Below, in pieces: positions 14,688 through 17,209 of a DNA stretch of 17,209 nucleotides (its first letter is position 1; each line of letters starts with the position of its first letter). The stretch lies in NCBI GenBank assembly GCA_046758365.1, contig JBHIAC010000066.1, positions 1 through 17,209 on the forward strand, read 5' to 3'. Made by a program: the position numbers and the translations under genes. The stretch is from a bacterium. GTDB taxonomy: Bacteria > Zhuqueibacterota > Zhuqueibacteria > Oceanimicrobiales > Oceanimicrobiaceae. Below the pieces are notes generated by a model that was not told where the DNA came from, did not search any database, and worked only from the letters and a program-made list of their open reading frames with translations.

Positions 14688-15563
14688 TTAAATTTTAAAC
14701 ATTGACCAATTTTTGGCTAAAAGAGAACAGATTTTTTCCAGTATCTCCTGATCGCATTCATGAAAAATATTCTCCAAATTACTATCTATATCTATTTCTC
14801 CAAAAATTTTTTCTTCAGTCATGATTGGTACAACGATTTCAGAACGTGTCTCTACACTACAAGCTAAATAGCGGGGCTCTAAATTAACATCAGGCACAAT
14901 TATAGATTGCTTTTCTTGAATCGCGGCCCCACAAATACCTTTTACAATAGATATTCTGGTATGGGGGGACGGTTTCCCCATGAAATTGTGCAGCACTAAT
15001 TCGTCTTCTTCCAGAAGATAAATCCCTACCCAAGTATATTTTGGATATCGCTGTTTTAAAAGCGTCACAGTATGTTTTAACACGATATCTTTATCTTTGT
15101 TTGTGGAAATGAGTTCCTTCAATTCATCGATTATCTTTGTTCCTACAAGATACTCTAAGGCCATTAAATACCCTTGCATCCCTTTTCCTACTATTTGTTT
15201 TACGCACATATCTTTAATAACAGAATGTTTGCGAAATTCTTCACGTTTATGAATGTCGGATAGATGCACTTCAACCGTTGGTAAATTTACAGAAGCAATA
15301 GCATCGCGTAAGGCATAACTGTAATGTGTCAAGGCTCCAGGATTAATAACAATGCCTTGGGCCCATTTTCTGTTTTCATGGATATAATCTAATATCTCAC
15401 CTTCATGATTAGTTTGAAAGGTTTTAACTTCGAGATTCATTTGATGCGCAAACTGTGTAATTTGTAAATTGAGCCCTTTCAGGGTCATGGTTCCATAGAC
15501 CTCTGGTTCCCGTTCCCCTAACAGGTTTAAATTCGGACCATGTACTATTATTACTTTATTCAT
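14688..15563 (-). CDS. aroQ: Type II 3-dehydroquinate dehydratase fused to C-terminal GAF (fRMsr/MsrC-like) domain
   Basis: AroQ motifs HGPNLNLLGEREPEVYG, NPGALTHYS and EVHLSDIHKREEFR. GAF motifs WVGIY, KGICG, VPDV, YLACS, RSEIVVP and GEIDIDS. TGATG overlap with the aroK stop, RBS AGGAGG. Confidence 0.92.
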   Translation of the reverse strand: MNKVIIVHGPNLNLLGEREPEVYGTMTLKGLNLQITQFAHQMNLEVKTFQTNHEGEILDYIHENRKWAQGIVINPGALTHYSYALRDAIASVNLPTVEVHLSDIHKREEFRKHSVIKDMCVKQIVGKGMQGYLMALEYLVGTKIIDELKELISTNKDKDIVLKHTVTLLKQRYPKYTWVGIYLLEEDELVLHNFMGKPSPHTRISIVKGICGAAIQEKQSIIVPDVNLEPRYLACSVETRSEIVVPIMTEEKIFGEIDIDSNLENIFHECDQEILEKICSLLAKNWSMFKI

Positions 15564-16111
15564 CAACCCTCCTGGATCGCAATAAGTATTTGATCAGCAA
15601 TATGCGATGGCTTCGTATACTTTTTACATTCCAATATTACATCTGCACGTTTATAAAAAGGCTCTCTCTGAACTAACATCTCTTCAATTTCAGTTCTTCC
15701 AGAATTATTCAGTGTATTGTTTACTAAAGGTCTTGTTTTGTCCGTTAAAATTCTTGGCAAAAGTAATTGAATATCCCATTTTAAATAAATGGTAATTCCC
15801 GAATTTTTTATTATCTCCCAATTCGCCTGACTTAATATAGCCCCTCCACCTAAGGCTATAACAGCTCCTGTGTTTTTGGCAACCTCTTTAACCACAGTTG
15901 ACTCTATATTTCTAAAAAAGGATTCACCCTTTAGTAAAAATATTTGGGAAATAGAAGTACCTATTTTTTTCTCAATGATAAAGTCGGTATCAAAAAATTC
16001 ACGGTTCAATTTCTTTGCCAAAATTTTTCCCACCGTGGATTTACCAGCTCCCATGAATCCGATAAGATAAATATTTTGATCAGGTGTCAGAGAATTTTTT
16101 CCAGTTTTCAT
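15563..16111 (-). CDS. aroK: Shikimate kinase
   Basis: NIYLIGFMGAGKSTVG (Walker A), DTD, GESFFRNIE, ALGGG, RPL and QREPFY. The start overlaps the 3' end of aroC. Confidence 0.95.
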   Translation of the reverse strand: MKTGKNSLTPDQNIYLIGFMGAGKSTVGKILAKKLNREFFDTDFIIEKKIGTSISQIFLLKGESFFRNIESTVVKEVAKNTGAVIALGGGAILSQANWEIIKNSGITIYLKWDIQLLLPRILTDKTRPLVNNTLNNSGRTEIEEMLVQREPFYKRADVILECKKYTKPSHIADQILIAIQEG

Positions 16112-17209
16112 AGCTCTTTTTTATCTCATCAATGGAATCACCGCCGAACTTTTCTAAGAATGCATCGGCTAAGACGATAGCTAAAATTGCCTCGCCTACA
16201 ATTGAAGCAGCAGGGACAGCACAAACATCACTTCGCTCTACATGAGCTTTCGTCTTTTCTTTCGTAACCATATTCACAGAATCTAAAGGCCGCATCAAGG
16301 TCGATATCGGCTTCATGGCCACTCGCACTACTAGAGGCATCCCATTTGTAACGCCCCCCTCTAAGCCACCGGCATGATTGCTGCTTCTATAATATTTGCT
16401 GTCTTTATTAAAATGAATTGGATCATGAACTTGAGAGCCAAACAAGGTTGCCGACTCAAAACCTGATCCGATTTCCACACCTTTCATAGCTGGAATGCTC
16501 ATCATAGCAAAAGCAATCCGAGCATCCAATTTTCGGTCCCAGTGGACATAACTCCCTAATCCCACAGGAATATTTAGAGCAGCCACTTCAAAAATGCCGC
16601 CAACTGTATCGCCTTTCTCTCTGGCTTTATTGATTATTGCCATCATTTTTTGCTCCACTTTGCTATCTAAACAGCGGATTAAAGATCTGTCGGCTCGTTT
16701 GCTGATTTCTTCCAATTCAAAATCTATTAAAGAATTAGATTCTGTTTTTCCACCAATGTTAGCTAAAGTGAAAGAATTTCTGGCGGAATGGATTTGTAGA
16801 ACATGACTGACGATTTTAATGGTAAACTCTTCTAAAAACTTTTTTGCAATGCTCCCCAGAGCTACCCGCATGGCTGTTTCGCGAGCACTTGCCCTTTCTA
16901 AAACATTGCGGATATCTTGATGTCCGTATTTTACAGCACCTGCAAAATCAGCATGACCAGGCCGAGGGACAGTTACTTGCTTTATTGAATCCCCTTTGTC
17001 TTCGGCGGACATTGTATTTTGCCAATTTTCCCAGTCTTTGTTTTCCAGAAGAAGAGCTATGGGGCTGCCTAAGCTCTTTCCAAATCGAACACCCGAAAGG
17101 ATCCGCGCACGGTCGCTCTCTATTTTCATCCGACCGCCTCGGCCATACCCCATTTGACGCCGCTGAAGTTGTTTAAAGATATCCTCTTCACTAATTATCA
17201 AACCGGCTG
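16080..17209 (-). CDS. aroC: Chorismate synthase (5' end lies beyond the window)
   Basis: Motifs RRQMGYGRGGRM, PRPGHAD, ERASARETA, GDTVGG, SNHAGGLEGG, MKPISTL and ERSDVCAVPAA. The frame is open to the window edge (..AGLIISEE) and the N-terminal TAGESHG motif is not included. Confidence 0.97.
   Translation of the reverse strand, partial: AGLIISEEDIFKQLQRRQMGYGRGGRMKIESDRARILSGVRFGKSLGSPIALLLENKDWENWQNTMSAEDKGDSIKQVTVPRPGHADFAGAVKYGHQDIRNVLERASARETAMRVALGSIAKKFLEEFTIKIVSHVLQIHSARNSFTLANIGGKTESNSLIDFELEEISKRADRSLIRCLDSKVEQKMMAIINKAREKGDTVGGIFEVAALNIPVGLGSYVHWDRKLDARIAFAMMSIPAMKGVEIGSGFESATLFGSQVHDPIHFNKDSKYYRSSNHAGGLEGGVTNGMPLVVRVAMKPISTLMRPLDSVNMVTKEKTKAHVERSDVCAVPAASIVGEAILAIVLADAFLEKFGGDSIDEIKKSYENWKKFSDT

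Noticed and set aside
12047..17176. + strand ORFs antisense to lon, aroK and aroC
   Set aside because: Antisense shadows of highly conserved genes.
1..17209. CRISPR arrays, tRNA/rRNA genes, phage or defence genes
   Set aside because: No regularly spaced direct repeats, cloverleaf/rRNA signatures, integrase or nuclease motifs seen.

Overview
AT-rich bacterial chromosomal segment, almost entirely coding on the minus strand. The gene content suggests a diderm FCB-group organism such as KSB1 or Calditrichota, but this is a guess. Read in the direction of transcription, the window starts with aroC (5'-truncated by the window edge), aroK, and an aroQ fused in-frame to an fRMsr/MsrC-like GAF domain. 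Next come lon with a textbook sigma-54 promoter, a small degraded + strand secreted-protein gene, a hypothetical gene, an outer-membrane beta-barrel fused to a CpoB/YbgF-like coiled-coil/TPR module, and a REC-PAS-GAF-GAF protein with no output domain. These are followed by a putative operon of an FN3/beta-propeller lipoprotein, RsbV, RsbW, a GAF-GAF-PP2C, an alanine/glycine:cation symporter and a REC-PP2C, forming a partner-switching module with no sigma factor in the window. The window ends with a B12-binding radical SAM pseudogene that has a large internal deletion and abuts a probable IS end. Several intergenic RNA structures are candidates for sRNAs or attenuators.
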